Shown one piece after another: positions 28,292 to 38,312 of a DNA stretch of 45,534 nucleotides. How positions within the stretch are numbered: position 1 is the stretch's first letter; each line of letters begins with the position of its first letter. Made by a program: the position numbers and the translations under genes. The DNA is taken from positions 1-45,534 of IMG/VR virus record IMGVR_UViG_3300031965_000055, one strand, 5' to 3'. A model generated the notes under the pieces. The model ran no database searches. It was not told the DNA's origin and saw only the letters and a program-made list of their open reading frames with translations. The stretch comes from a virus. Its lineage: Duplodnaviria; Caudoviricetes.

Positions 28292-28558
28292 TCCGCTTCG
28301 CTCCTCTTCTATCGGCCGCGAGGCCGTGTTGAACGACAAACACTGCAGACCCGGGTGGTGCGCCAGGCGCGACACCGCAGGCACTTCCAGCGTGCGCTCA
28401 CGCCACTTCCCACGCCGTACGGATCCACGGCGAACCCGCCTTCTTCCAGCAGCTCGCGCAGACCAAGCCGCGGTCCAGACGGACGAAAAGCATCCGGACG
28501 GAATCGCAGCCGTCGCAGCGGAACAACGCGCCGACCGGACCGTCCGCCGGGGCTCGCA

Positions 28559-28837
28559 TCAGTGCGGCCCACGTGACGTCCGATCCCAGTGCGACGAGAC
28601 CGTGAGCGTCCCGCCGTTCGCTCGGTCGTAGAGCCGTCGCTGAGGGCTCACCCATCCCGACCCCGGGACCATCTCCCCCAAGTGCGCAGCGGCAATCCCG
28701 CAGTCATCGCAGCGCCAGGCACCGGGCACGTACTGCGCCCGCACGGGCTCATGCCGGCCGCGGATCAGGCAGCGCCCGGCGCGCACCGCACCGATGAGTA
28801 GGCCGACGCCAGTGATGGTGAGCAGGAAACGCTTCAC
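28559..28837 (-). CDS. Small hypothetical protein with N-terminal hydrophobic helix
   Basis: MKRFLLTITGVGLLIG and a CxxC motif. Confidence 0.45.
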   Translation of the reverse strand: MKRFLLTITGVGLLIGAVRAGRCLIRGRHEPVRAQYVPGAWRCDDCGIAAAHLGEMVPGSGWVSPQRRLYDRANGGTLTVSSHWDRTSRGPH

Positions 28838-29523
28838 GGTCCCGCCTTGGTCGCCGCGTCCGGAACCCCCACGTCACCGGCAGCCCGGGCCGCAACCCCT
28901 GAGCACGCCTGCGCTGCGCGCCCAGCACCGGGCGCCGGTGACGTCGAGGTTCCCGAGTTCTCATCCGCGAGATAGACGATGCCGGTGGCAAGGACCGACG
29001 CGCAGGCCGCCAGAGCGAGGAGGATGGTCGCCATCAGCAGGCCCCAGCGGTCCGAGAGGGCGTCGAGGAGGACCCCGAGCAGCACGATGGTGGATAGCCC
29101 GGCCGTGATGCGGGCGCGGGTCGTCACTGGGCACGCTCCGGCGCCGGGTGCGTTGGCAGTGGTGCGCGGCCTTCTGTCTTCGCGATCGCGTCGCGCAGTA
29201 AGCGTGCGCTCAACATGACAGAGGGCGCCTCTGACCACGGCCGCCCGTTGGGAGCTATCCACGCGGCCAGGGCAACTAGAGTCGCGAGCGCGTCACCTGC
29301 CGCGGCCTGCAGATCCGGCAGAGCGACGAACGCGAGGGCGTCCTCTCGCGTCGCGAAGGACGCCAGCAACCGGCCGCCGCGGAAGTCGCCTTCATCTTCG
29401 GCCTCGAAGACGCTCCACAGGATGTCTCCGCGCGTGCCCTGTTCGCTGCGGCCGAAGCGTTTCACCGCCGCCTCCGGTTCGCCCGGCGGCCGGCCTTCTG
29501 CATCCGGACGAACCACAGCGGGA

Positions 29524-30033
29524 TCACCGGTCGCCCCCCGTCTTCTTCCCGTTCTTCGCGAGCGCGGCCGTAGGCTTCGCCGCCTCGCGCAGAAGCTGGG
29601 GCAGGTAGCGCTCAATGAGCAGCACGACCACATCCGAGAGCGACTGCTTCTGTCGCGTGTAGAACGCGAGGTCGATGCCCGCGTCGATCAGGGCCTGGTT
29701 CTCCTCGTCTGTCATATAGACGGTGCGAGGCGCCCGGCCCTTCGTCCCGGTCATCGGTCGCGTTGCCGCTTGGGTTGCCACGCCCGCTACTCTGGCGGCG
29801 TTTCCGCGCCGTTGTCCATTGGATTCAAACGAGTTAGAAGAATCGTTTCCGCCGGAAACAGTTACTGCTGTTTCCGCGTGTGGAAGCATGTTTCCTCCGG
29901 CGTTGCGGGCGGAAATATGGTGCCGCCGCATCCACTTGTAGAGGGTGGGGTGCGTGACCCCGAGGCGGCGCGCGGCTTCCCGGACGTTGTTGCCCGTAGC
30001 CTGAAGCGCTTGGCGGATGCTCTCGGGGTTCAT
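29524..30033 (-). CDS. Regulator: Fis-type HTH plus C-terminal RHH-like segment
   Basis: IRQALQATGNNVREAARRLGVTHPTLYKWMRR and RTVYMTDEE...SLSDVVVLLIERYL. Confidence 0.75.
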   Translation of the reverse strand: MNPESIRQALQATGNNVREAARRLGVTHPTLYKWMRRHHISARNAGGNMLPHAETAVTVSGGNDSSNSFESNGQRRGNAARVAGVATQAATRPMTGTKGRAPRTVYMTDEENQALIDAGIDLAFYTRQKQSLSDVVVLLIERYLPQLLREAAKPTAALAKNGKKTGGDR

Positions 30034-30040
30034 GCTGCAC

Positions 30041-30115
30041 ACGTTACACGCGCAGCATGCGCAACGTCAAGCACAAAGATATCTCTTGCATCGCGCGTGG
30101 CGTCTGTGGCACAGT
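30041..30115. promoter_or_regulatory. Back-to-back divergent promoters
   Basis: Minus strand: TTGACG(30070-65)-18-TAACGT(30046-41). Plus strand: TTGCAT(30086-91)-18-CACAGT(30110-15). Confidence 0.55.
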
Positions 30116-30122
30116 TGGCGAC

Positions 30123-30296
30123 GTGGGCGAAAAGAGCGGGAGCGCCAAACCGAAAGCGAAGGAAGAGGGCGTGATGGTGCGGGTCTCCCCCGCGCTCCGA
30201 GACCGCGCGTGGATCGTCGCGAAGCGGAAGAAGGTCGACCTGCGCGACGTCATCGACGCGGCGGTCGAGGACTACGTGAAGAGAAATGGCGAGTAG
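30123..30296 (+). CDS. Ribbon-helix-helix (Arc/CopG-like) repressor
   Basis: VMVRVSPALRDRAWIVAKRKKVDLRDVIDAAVEDYV, divergent from the early operon. Confidence 0.75.
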   Translation: MGEKSGSAKPKAKEEGVMVRVSPALRDRAWIVAKRKKVDLRDVIDAAVEDYVKRNGE

Positions 30297-30432
30297 CAGT
30301 CCGACGGGTCCGGGACGGGCAGGAGCCAGCCGGCGGCGGACGGAGCGGACGCAACCCCTGTATATCCACGTTCACGCGCGCGCGCGAACGCCGATAACAC
30401 GGAGTCCCGTCCGCTGCGTCCGCCTACCGGAG

Positions 30433-30966
30433 TCACTGCTCCCCTCGTAGGCCGATACCGACCCACGTCCGGGTCCGAGCCTTGCCGGTCCGGGCCTCAT
30501 CGACGCCGGGTGGGCGCTCCAGGCGCTCGGCCAGACGACGCTCAGTCCCGACGTGCTCCCCGCCCGCCTCCGCCCACGACTTCCAGTGGGCGAACGCGGC
30601 CCCCTTGGCCATCGTGGCGTCGGGGCGGATCTCGCACCGCTCCTCGATCCAGCGGCCGATGGAGTCCGACGCCGTGAAGTAGTCCTCGGTGGCGGCCAGG
30701 ACTCGGGCAGGTGGCCGGAGCCCTCCGGTCTGCCACGCCAGGCAGCCCTCAATCATCCAGCGGAGGATCTGCGGATACTTCCGCTCCTGCGCCCACCGCG
30801 TGCTGTCCCACCGCAGCCACCGGCCCCACTCATGCACATACCGGAGGTCGTCTCGATGCCTGCGGGTGAACTCCAGGGCGAGAGCATCGTCCGTGAGGTC
30901 GACGGGCAGCACGTCTCCCACGACATCGTGGACGTACTCCGCGACGTGCACGGGTCGCGTGGTCAC
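30433..30966 (-). pseudogene. P4/D5-type primase-helicase remnant lacking the ATPase core
   Basis: D5_N-like TDDALA..F...LRY..EWG.W..WD..RW is joined directly to the C-terminal YPQILRW.IEGC..WQ..GL..P..V..AT..Y....D....W..E. No Walker A or B. Confidence 0.75.
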
Positions 30967-31196
30967 CGCGCGCCCCCCGCCGATCGCGACGTGGCGCCCC
31001 ATACCCGATGGCGGACCACGGCCACCGCGAGCGCACGGGCCTCGGCCGCCGGCAGGCGCAGGTCCTCGACGGGCCTGGCGCCAGTCGTCGCGCCAGGCCA
31101 GCTCGCGGGCCAGGTCCTGCGCGGTACACTGGGGTGTCCCGCCTGCAGTGCCTCTGCGCCCCTGGCAGGGCCGGAGGTCTGTCCCGCGGGGCGCAC

Positions 31197-31448
31197 CTAG
31201 GCGCTCCGGTCGGCGTCGCTGCGCTGGGCCGCGCGCGCGCGGGTGGCGGCGGCGGTCCGCTCCGTGAGCGGTAGCACGGGCCGGCTCCGCAGGTACTCCG
31301 TCACCTCGGACTCGAGGTGCCCCATGTGGCCCGGGGTCACCCGACGCGGGGGCGGCAGGGACCCCGCGTCGACCAGCCGTCGCACCGTCTGGACACTCAC
31401 GCCCAGGCGCTCCGCGACCGCCGCCCGAGTCAGCGCGCGCTCGATCAT
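31197..31448 (-). CDS. AlpA/excisionase-like HTH protein
   Basis: LTRAAVAERLGVSVQTVRRLVDAGSLPPP...LESEVTEYL. Confidence 0.75.
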   Translation of the reverse strand: MIERALTRAAVAERLGVSVQTVRRLVDAGSLPPPRRVTPGHMGHLESEVTEYLRSRPVLPLTERTAAATRARAAQRSDADRSA

Positions 31449-31710
31449 CTGTCCTCCTCGGCCGCGTCACGTCACGGCGTCTCGATCCGGGAGGATGGGT
31501 CGCGCGCCCGCGCCAAAAAAGAGCGAATCGTGCCCTTTTCCGGCGCGGGGTCTATCTACTTGAAGGACGAGACGATGATGCGAGCGTCGCGGTCGCTGGC
31601 GCGGCCGTCTTTTATGAGGAGGGCAACCAGATCCTTGCGGCCACGGCCGACGCGCGGGCGTCCCCGTGTTCCCACGGCGGCCTTGTGCTGGTCCAGGACG
31701 CGGGCCACGA

Positions 31711-31947
31711 TCAGGCCGCAGGGTCCGTCGTAGAGTGCGGCGCGTACGTCACGGGGCGCAGCGCCTTCTCCCACGCCTCGATATCGTCGGAGCGCCACGC
31801 TCGCGAGTGTGGACCGACGACGAGTGGCGCGGGGAAGCGACCAGCCCGGACTTCGCGCCAGAGGTAGAGACGGTAGGCCTTCTCGCTCCTGCCGGCGCCG
31901 TGACGCTGGTAGAGCTGTTTGAATCCGAGGAAGGTGTGTTGAGACAT
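31711..31947 (-). CDS. AlpA-like regulator
   Basis: LWREVRAGRFPAPLVVGPHSRAWRSDDIEAW. Confidence 0.75.
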   Translation of the reverse strand: MSQHTFLGFKQLYQRHGAGRSEKAYRLYLWREVRAGRFPAPLVVGPHSRAWRSDDIEAWEKALRPVTYAPHSTTDPAA

Positions 31948-31990
31948 GCCGAACACTAGGCTCGGAACGGCGCCTCCGTCACGCGTATTG

Positions 31991-32608
31991 TTAGGTCTCG
32001 GCCAGCCGGAACTCTACGCTCTCGGTCGAGACCTGCTGTTCTTGCGGAGCCTTTTTACGACGGGGAGTAGCCGCGGCCGAGGGTCGGACGGGAGCTTGTT
32101 GTGGGTCGCCGCCGCGGTCGCCTTGCCGACAGTCGGTCCTGATGAGCCCGTAGCTCGGATGCCGGAAGTGCGCGTGAAGCCCGCGTCGCGTCCAGGTCCA
32201 TCGCGTCGCGGGCAGGTTGGCCCGCACCCAGGTCGCACTCGTCGCATCGTCCGCGTCCACGACCACGAGCCCGTGCGACCGGCCGCAGAGAAGAGCCACG
32301 CCCGCTACGCCACGGCACGAGAACAGCTCGTGCACCTGCTCCGCGGTCGGTCGCGCTAAGCGGAACGGGTACCACTTCACGAGCGGCTTTTTCTTCGCGG
32401 TCACGGGGAGCACGCCGTACCCGAGCGCGTGCAGCGAGAGCGCCAGGTCGAGCAGCGACTCGCCGAGAGCGCGCCCGGGCACGCAGCCTTCGCACGAGTC
32501 GCGGCCACAGCCCGGGCAATCGCAAACGGGGTCGGCCACCGCGAGCGCCCACGCGGGCGGCTGTTGTCCGTCACCAGGCAGCCCGTGGTGAGTCGTCCCG
32601 GCCCTCAT
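31991..32608 (-). CDS. Bifunctional primase/polymerase (PrimPol) N-terminal domain, probably truncated
   Basis: G..VLPV...KKPLVKW, GVALLCG..HGLVVVDAD and T.RGLHAHF. Confidence 0.75.
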   Translation of the reverse strand: MRAGTTHHGLPGDGQQPPAWALAVADPVCDCPGCGRDSCEGCVPGRALGESLLDLALSLHALGYGVLPVTAKKKPLVKWYPFRLARPTAEQVHELFSCRGVAGVALLCGRSHGLVVVDADDATSATWVRANLPATRWTWTRRGLHAHFRHPSYGLIRTDCRQGDRGGDPQQAPVRPSAAATPRRKKAPQEQQVSTESVEFRLAET

Positions 32609-32663
32609 GCCTCGCCTCGCTGCCTGGTCCGTCTGCCGGCGGGGCGGTGAGTCGACTCGTCCC

Positions 32664-33311
32664 CTATGGGGGGGGACAGAAGTAGCGGCGCCGCGGATCC
32701 GCGCAGAGATCTCGCCAGGCTCTCTCCATCTCGTGTGATAGGAGCCGGGTCCGCGATCGCCGCCAGAGCTCGGCCGACACCCGGACCATCTCGTGCAGAC
32801 CGAGCGCGGTCATCGGGCCGAGCACCTGGACGATGAAAGCGGTGAAGCCCGAGACGGGGAACCACTCGACATCGAAGTCAAGCTCGGTGATACGCCCTTC
32901 GCCGCCGCCATCGGCTACGTACTGGAGACCAACATTCCAGGCGAGACTGTTCACCGTCGCCACGCCACCGAGGGCGAGCTGCGACGTGGCGTAGGTCGTC
33001 GGCACGTCGTTCAAGTTCTGCCCCCCGAATCGGTTGCTGGAGTTTTCCCCGGCGATGAGCTCCAACCCATCCGGATTGTCCGCGATGTAGGCGCGGCAAT
33101 GGATGGTGACCCCCCTGACCACGCCTGACGACGTCGGGAGTTGAGTGAGCGACGGTCCGGCCGCGGTCTTAGTCGGCTCGAACACTGACACCTGAGCCCA
33201 CGAATAAGTCCCGTCGCTGGAGTCGCTGAGCCCTGCATGATGCGTCGAGGCATTCGTCGCGAGGATGGCCGGCAGCGTCGTCGCGTTCGGGTAGAGGCGC
33301 GTGACCGGCAT
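32664..33311 (-). CDS. Putative distal tail protein
   Basis: Last gene of the tail operon, beta-rich. Confidence 0.45.
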   Translation of the reverse strand: MPVTRLYPNATTLPAILATNASTHHAGLSDSSDGTYSWAQVSVFEPTKTAAGPSLTQLPTSSGVVRGVTIHCRAYIADNPDGLELIAGENSSNRFGGQNLNDVPTTYATSQLALGGVATVNSLAWNVGLQYVADGGGEGRITELDFDVEWFPVSGFTAFIVQVLGPMTALGLHEMVRVSAELWRRSRTRLLSHEMERAWRDLCADPRRRYFCPPP

Positions 33312-33763
33312 CAGGTCAGGTCCACCCGCAGATTCAGGACGACCTGCTTGATCGTCGCGACCGAGTCGACATTCAGCCCCAGGATGTCGCCCTGCGCAAT
33401 CGCCGGTGACCATGTCGTGAGCGCGAGGTCTTGGTTCTTCTGTGCGCTCGCGAGCGTCGGCTTCTCGCTGCCTGTGATTGTATCCGCCACCGTCGGCGGA
33501 AAATTCGCATACGAATCACGCCACACGTCGATGACGACGGACCCGGAGACATTCGCCATGACCGTCCATCCGATGACGTTGCAGTCGAACGGCACCTCGA
33601 TGTACGCCTTGACGCCCGTCGTGAGCACGTCGCCTGCCGCGTCGCCGAACCCCACGACGATAGACCGTGATCGCAACTGCGTGATCGGGTCGCGCACGTA
33701 GGCGTTCATGATCGTGGCTGAGATCAGCTCGGCCGCTACCCATGTTCGCGCTGGCCAAGTCAT
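33311..33763 (-). CDS. Minor tail/tail-tip protein
   Basis: W..RTWV..E......MN..VRD N-terminus, then SGS.V.DVW...Y..FPPT.ADTIT. Confidence 0.6.
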   Translation of the reverse strand: MTWPARTWVAAELISATIMNAYVRDPITQLRSRSIVVGFGDAAGDVLTTGVKAYIEVPFDCNVIGWTVMANVSGSVVIDVWRDSYANFPPTVADTITGSEKPTLASAQKNQDLALTTWSPAIAQGDILGLNVDSVATIKQVVLNLRVDLT

Positions 33764-34140
33764 TCTTGCGCTCCTTCCGTCCACCGCCTGGGGGCTACTT
33801 CCATCAGCCGCCAGAGCACGCCCAGCGCCTCCGCGAGGTCGCGGTAGGCGCTGATGTCGGCCTGGTCCAGTCTCTCGACGCGCGGCTTCAGAGGACCGAC
33901 TCCGGCCTGTTTTACGAACGTGTTCGGCGTGCGCGTGACCTCGAGCACGGACATGAAGAGGAATGTCACATCCTGCGGCCATTCCTCGACCGCGATTTCC
34001 AGGCTTGCCTGGGCGAGGTCCTGCCGGGCACTGTAGAGCGTGGTGTCGTAGCCCTGCGCCGTGACCTTCGCCACGCGGGCTCGGTCCCACGCCAGCAGTC
34101 TCGTAGCGAGCCCCTTTAGCCTGGCGTCGAGTTTCGGCAT
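33760..34140 (-). CDS. Hypothetical protein
   Basis: Coupled ORF in the tail operon. Confidence 0.5.
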   Translation of the reverse strand: MPKLDARLKGLATRLLAWDRARVAKVTAQGYDTTLYSARQDLAQASLEIAVEEWPQDVTFLFMSVLEVTRTPNTFVKQAGVGPLKPRVERLDQADISAYRDLAEALGVLWRLMEVAPRRWTEGAQE

Positions 34141-34147
34141 CAGTACC

Positions 34148-36103
34148 TCACAGCGGGGCCAACACCGTCGTGACTCCCAACTCGCTCAGCCCGGCCACGC
34201 CGAGGGTCCAGTACTCCTCAACGAACGCGCGCTGAAGATCGTGCGAAAAGACCGCCAGGCGCGCCTCGAGTAGGGTCATCTCTACGCTCTGGATGTAGTA
34301 GACGCCATTGATACCGGTCATCTCCTCTATGACCGTGATCGGGTCTCCTGGCTCCAGTGAGAGTGCCAGCTCCATCTCGTCGTCGTCGCGTGGTGTCCAC
34401 CGCATGCGCGCGGCCGCGAATCCAGGCGTAGACCACGTGGTCACGATGAACTCGGCGACTGCGTCAGCCACTCCGAATTCGTTCTGGTATGGCATGTCCA
34501 GCGAGACCATGGCCTCGCCCAGGGTGAGGCTGTCCGTGTTTTCTCGCCTGGCGTCGACCTGTGTGTAGTCGTAGATTCCGCGCCCGCGTGCCTGGAGCAG
34601 CGTCACGTACCCGAGCGTGCCGCCGTTGTTCGTGATTTGGAATTCGACCTCATTCGCCGAGAACACGGCCGTGACCGTGAAGTCCGCGGTGAGGTCTGCA
34701 CCAGACCCGTTCGCGTTGGCGTTCATCAAAAAGTCTGTGGTGGCGACCGGCGCGACCATGTCTGTCCCGCCGACCTTCGTGGTGCGGTCAGAGCTCGAGC
34801 TGTAGCGCCCGGTGATCTTGACCGTTTGACCAGCAACGACTTCGGGCGTGATCTTGGCAGGCTTTGAGTACAGCACGGTGTCTGCCGCCGCGTCTACGAT
34901 TCGCGGGTGTGCTGACACCTTGGCCACGTTCCTGATATCGAACGTGGGGTCTAGGTCCTGCATCGCTTCGTCAAACACAGCCAGTGGCAACGGCGTCAGA
35001 CGCGCGCTGCGCTTCTCGAATCGCAGAACCATTCCACCCGTGGTGCTTCCGCGCAGGTAGCAGCGCCCGAACTCGCTCTGCGCAATCCTCTGAATCTCGG
35101 TTAGGGCGGACACCGGCCGATCAGCGCGGGAATCCAGCGAGTAGGGAAAGGTCGAATCGGCGGCGTCGAATGTGAGCGTGGCGGGCTGCGCAGGCACGGC
35201 CTGGACCACAGCCGTCAGCGCCTCGTCCGCGCGCTTGTCGATCTGGACCGGCACTCGCAACAGATGGTTGGCCGCCTCGCTCATCCAGTCCACAGCATCG
35301 CAGACGGTGCGACGCTCCAGGTATCGGCCAGACGTGGGATTCGCGTTCTGGATGCGGCCGACGAACTTGGTGTAGGTGGCCGCCCCCAGACGATACCCGT
35401 AACGGACATTGATACCTCGACCGAATCCAGCGCGGGCCCTTGGTCCTCCGGGCGTGTACCAGCCGAGCGTCTCACCCTCGTTGCTCTCGCTGTTGTCGAG
35501 AGCGAAGCTGAGGGTTCCGATTTGTCCGACCAGGTCGGTCGGACCAGAGCTGGCGATTCCGTATTGGACCTTCCCCGCTGGAGACACGAGAAAATCGACC
35601 TCCACCCAATTCGGCGAGAACGGGTAGAGAATGACGTCGCTCAGTGTGGCGCCCAGCGTGTAGACGTGGCACCGCACGCGCAGAGGATAGGTGGGCGCGG
35701 TCAAGCTCGTGTAGTACAACACGCCGTTCCTGAAGTACTTGACCACGCCGGCGTCGACCTCCACGCGCAGCATGTCTCCGGTCATGTACGACTCCCCCGT
35801 TTCCTTGAGCACGCCGGCCTCATAGACGTGCAGCCCGGTGAGCGCATCAAGGCGGAAAGCGAAGTCGGGGTCACCGTAGGTCGAATCGTCGCCGAGGCCG
35901 ATAGCGCGATCCGTGTTCATCTCGCTGGCGATGAACTCCATGTAGCAGTCGCCAGAGGCGATCGTGCGAGACGACACTGCGCCGCCGTTCCACGCGTCGC
36001 CGCCGCTCGTCTTCTGAAGATCGTTACCCGTCACCGTCACGTTGACGGGGCTCTCCCACGCAACATCCGGCAGGTCCATCTCCAGGACGTGACCGTCGCT
36101 CAC
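34148..36103 (-). CDS. Minor tail (hub/tip) protein
   Basis: Follows the tape measure gene. G.LSF.LDN, F.G.I, IAQSE.G, L.LEPGD.I.V and C-terminal W.LG..G.SELG.TT.L. Confidence 0.7.
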   Translation of the reverse strand: MSDGHVLEMDLPDVAWESPVNVTVTGNDLQKTSGGDAWNGGAVSSRTIASGDCYMEFIASEMNTDRAIGLGDDSTYGDPDFAFRLDALTGLHVYEAGVLKETGESYMTGDMLRVEVDAGVVKYFRNGVLYYTSLTAPTYPLRVRCHVYTLGATLSDVILYPFSPNWVEVDFLVSPAGKVQYGIASSGPTDLVGQIGTLSFALDNSESNEGETLGWYTPGGPRARAGFGRGINVRYGYRLGAATYTKFVGRIQNANPTSGRYLERRTVCDAVDWMSEAANHLLRVPVQIDKRADEALTAVVQAVPAQPATLTFDAADSTFPYSLDSRADRPVSALTEIQRIAQSEFGRCYLRGSTTGGMVLRFEKRSARLTPLPLAVFDEAMQDLDPTFDIRNVAKVSAHPRIVDAAADTVLYSKPAKITPEVVAGQTVKITGRYSSSSDRTTKVGGTDMVAPVATTDFLMNANANGSGADLTADFTVTAVFSANEVEFQITNNGGTLGYVTLLQARGRGIYDYTQVDARRENTDSLTLGEAMVSLDMPYQNEFGVADAVAEFIVTTWSTPGFAAARMRWTPRDDDEMELALSLEPGDPITVIEEMTGINGVYYIQSVEMTLLEARLAVFSHDLQRAFVEEYWTLGVAGLSELGVTTVLAPL

Positions 36104-38310
36104 GCTCTGGCCTGCTGGAGCACGCCCCTCAACATGATCGGCAGGAGGCGCCGCTCGCGTGCAGTCTCATCGCGCATCGCGCGGAGGTACGACGTGTTCT
36201 CCTTCACAGCATCGACCATCCCTGCATCCCGCGTCATGAGCGCGGCCTCGACCCTGCCAGCCACGGAGTCGGCCTGGGTCTCTGTCACCACGGCCTCGCG
36301 TCCGTGGAGCATGGTCGCTGTCCCGGATCCGAAGTTTTCGAAGCGCGTCCCCTCGGTGCCCTCGGCGAACCCCTGGCCCCGGATCTGATTGACCTTCGCG
36401 TAGCCCGCGGCCAGCGTGGCCGCGGCGGCCAGCGCGCCCAGAGGCCAGCCCCCGCCGTGCTTGAAGGCCGCCACAGCGGCCGCGATCGTGTCTATGATCG
36501 CAGTCCCGATTGCAATGGTCTTGTTTTTGTAGAAGAGGCTGACCAGGATCGTAGACACCTGACTTGCGATCGTCTGGAAGAGAGCCACGGTGAGCTGTGC
36601 GCTCGTCCCGTTCAGCTCGGCTTCCTTTTTCTTGTACTCCTCGTGGGCTCTTTGCAACTCGCTGTAGGTGAACTCCCCGCTCACCTTCATGTCGTCGTAG
36701 AGCTGCTTCGCCCTGTCTGCCGTCTCCTCCATTGCCGCACGCGTCTGGAACCCGGCCTGTTTCGCGGCCTCGGCGATCGTCAGTTGCGCCCCGACCGCCG
36801 CATCCCTCATCAGGGTGTACTTCTCGTTGACCATGGCCACGAGCTTTTCGTACTCTGCGATGTTGGCGAAGGCGAACTCCTGCAGTCCGCCAATTTCTTT
36901 TTCCCGGTTGATCTCGATTTCTGCAAGCCGCTGCTCGAGGCCGCTCAGGTTCGCGAGCGTTAGCTGGTCCTGTAGCTCCACAAACTTCGCGAGGATCTGG
37001 GTGTTCATGTCCCAAATGAACATCCCGGACTTGCTCGACGCGTCCGCCATAGCGGCAATCTGTTCGGCTGCCATGGCCGCCGCAGTGGCCATCTGCGTAG
37101 TCGCGCCCTGCGCCGCGACCATCGCGTCACGCGTCTTGCCCAGCACCGCCTGCACGGAATCAAAGACGGCGTTCTGCCTCCCGGCAGCGTCGACAGCCTC
37201 CGTTGCTTGGTCCCGGAAACCTTGACCGAGGTTGGTCAGGTCTGTCCCGATTCCCTTGATGCTGGTCTCCAGACCCTTGAACTTCTCGCCAACGCCGGGG
37301 ATGAGGGTCGCAGCCTCGACGAGGCTGCCGAACGACGTGACGAGATCGCCGAGGAGGTTGATCTGGAATCCCACCACCTCGTTGAACAGGACCTTGAGAC
37401 CGTTCCAGATGTTAGAGATCTGCCTCCCGGCCCCGACAGCGACACTCGCCGCGTCGACGAGGAAGATCGCGAATTGATTCACGTAACCCATCAGTGCGTT
37501 GACGGTGTCCTGAGAGTTTGAACCGAAGGCGCCCTGGATCGCCTCCATGATCGAGTCCATGCCCGCAGCCACGACGGGCGACGTTGCGATCGCCTTGCCC
37601 AAACTGTCGACGAAGTTGGTCACCATCACCCGGCCCTGCTGCACCCGATCGGCGAACGTCAGGTGGATTCCGCCGAGCTCGGCCACCTTCTTCTGTGCCG
37701 CGTCCATCGCAGCGTTGTAGAACGCGGTCTTCTTCTCTGCCTCCGTGAGTTGCGATGCCGACTTGCCGATCTGGGCTGCGTACGCCTCATTCGCCTGGCC
37801 GACCTTCACCGTGAGGCCGAGGTTGTCCAGGATCAGAGGCGAGCTGCGACCCAGCGCCGTCGTCAGATCGTCGAGAGACTTTTTCGCGTCTTGACCCATC
37901 GCCCGGCCGAGCACGACAGCCGACTGCGCGAGTCCACCCATCGACTGTGCTGTGACCGGCAGGCCGAGCAGGATGGCCTTGTTGGCCGCGGCCATCAAGT
38001 CGAAGTCGCTGATCAATCCCCTGGTCGCCCCCTGGGACGCGGCCAGCATCGCAGCCCCCGTCTCCCCGACCGATCCAGAGAGCTTGTCGAAAGCGGCCTC
38101 CATCGAGGCGACCTTCCCGCCATGCACGCCGAGCAGTGTGATCGCCCCCGCGGCCGATGCGATCGCCCCGGCCGCAAGCCCGGCAAACTGCGCGACGGCG
38201 GTGAACGATTTACTCGACACGCCCAATGCCTTCGCGACCTTATCGATGGGCCCGCTGAACTGGTCGTTTAAGGAAATGACGCCGTGAAGTTCGCCAATAG
38301 AAATACTCAC
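36100..38310 (-). CDS. Tail tape measure protein
   Basis: 736 aa, Ala-rich and helical, with ALGRSSPLILDNLG and a C-terminal LHGREAV. Downstream of the tail chaperones; AGGAGG RBS. Confidence 0.9.
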   Translation of the reverse strand: MSISIGELHGVISLNDQFSGPIDKVAKALGVSSKSFTAVAQFAGLAAGAIASAAGAITLLGVHGGKVASMEAAFDKLSGSVGETGAAMLAASQGATRGLISDFDLMAAANKAILLGLPVTAQSMGGLAQSAVVLGRAMGQDAKKSLDDLTTALGRSSPLILDNLGLTVKVGQANEAYAAQIGKSASQLTEAEKKTAFYNAAMDAAQKKVAELGGIHLTFADRVQQGRVMVTNFVDSLGKAIATSPVVAAGMDSIMEAIQGAFGSNSQDTVNALMGYVNQFAIFLVDAASVAVGAGRQISNIWNGLKVLFNEVVGFQINLLGDLVTSFGSLVEAATLIPGVGEKFKGLETSIKGIGTDLTNLGQGFRDQATEAVDAAGRQNAVFDSVQAVLGKTRDAMVAAQGATTQMATAAAMAAEQIAAMADASSKSGMFIWDMNTQILAKFVELQDQLTLANLSGLEQRLAEIEINREKEIGGLQEFAFANIAEYEKLVAMVNEKYTLMRDAAVGAQLTIAEAAKQAGFQTRAAMEETADRAKQLYDDMKVSGEFTYSELQRAHEEYKKKEAELNGTSAQLTVALFQTIASQVSTILVSLFYKNKTIAIGTAIIDTIAAAVAAFKHGGGWPLGALAAAATLAAGYAKVNQIRGQGFAEGTEGTRFENFGSGTATMLHGREAVVTETQADSVAGRVEAALMTRDAGMVDAVKENTSYLRAMRDETARERRLLPIMLRGVLQQARA

Positions 38311-38312
38311 GC

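Noticed and set aside
30300-32660. Integrase/att site or intact satellite
   Set aside because: No tyrosine or serine recombinase motifs or flanking att repeats were seen.
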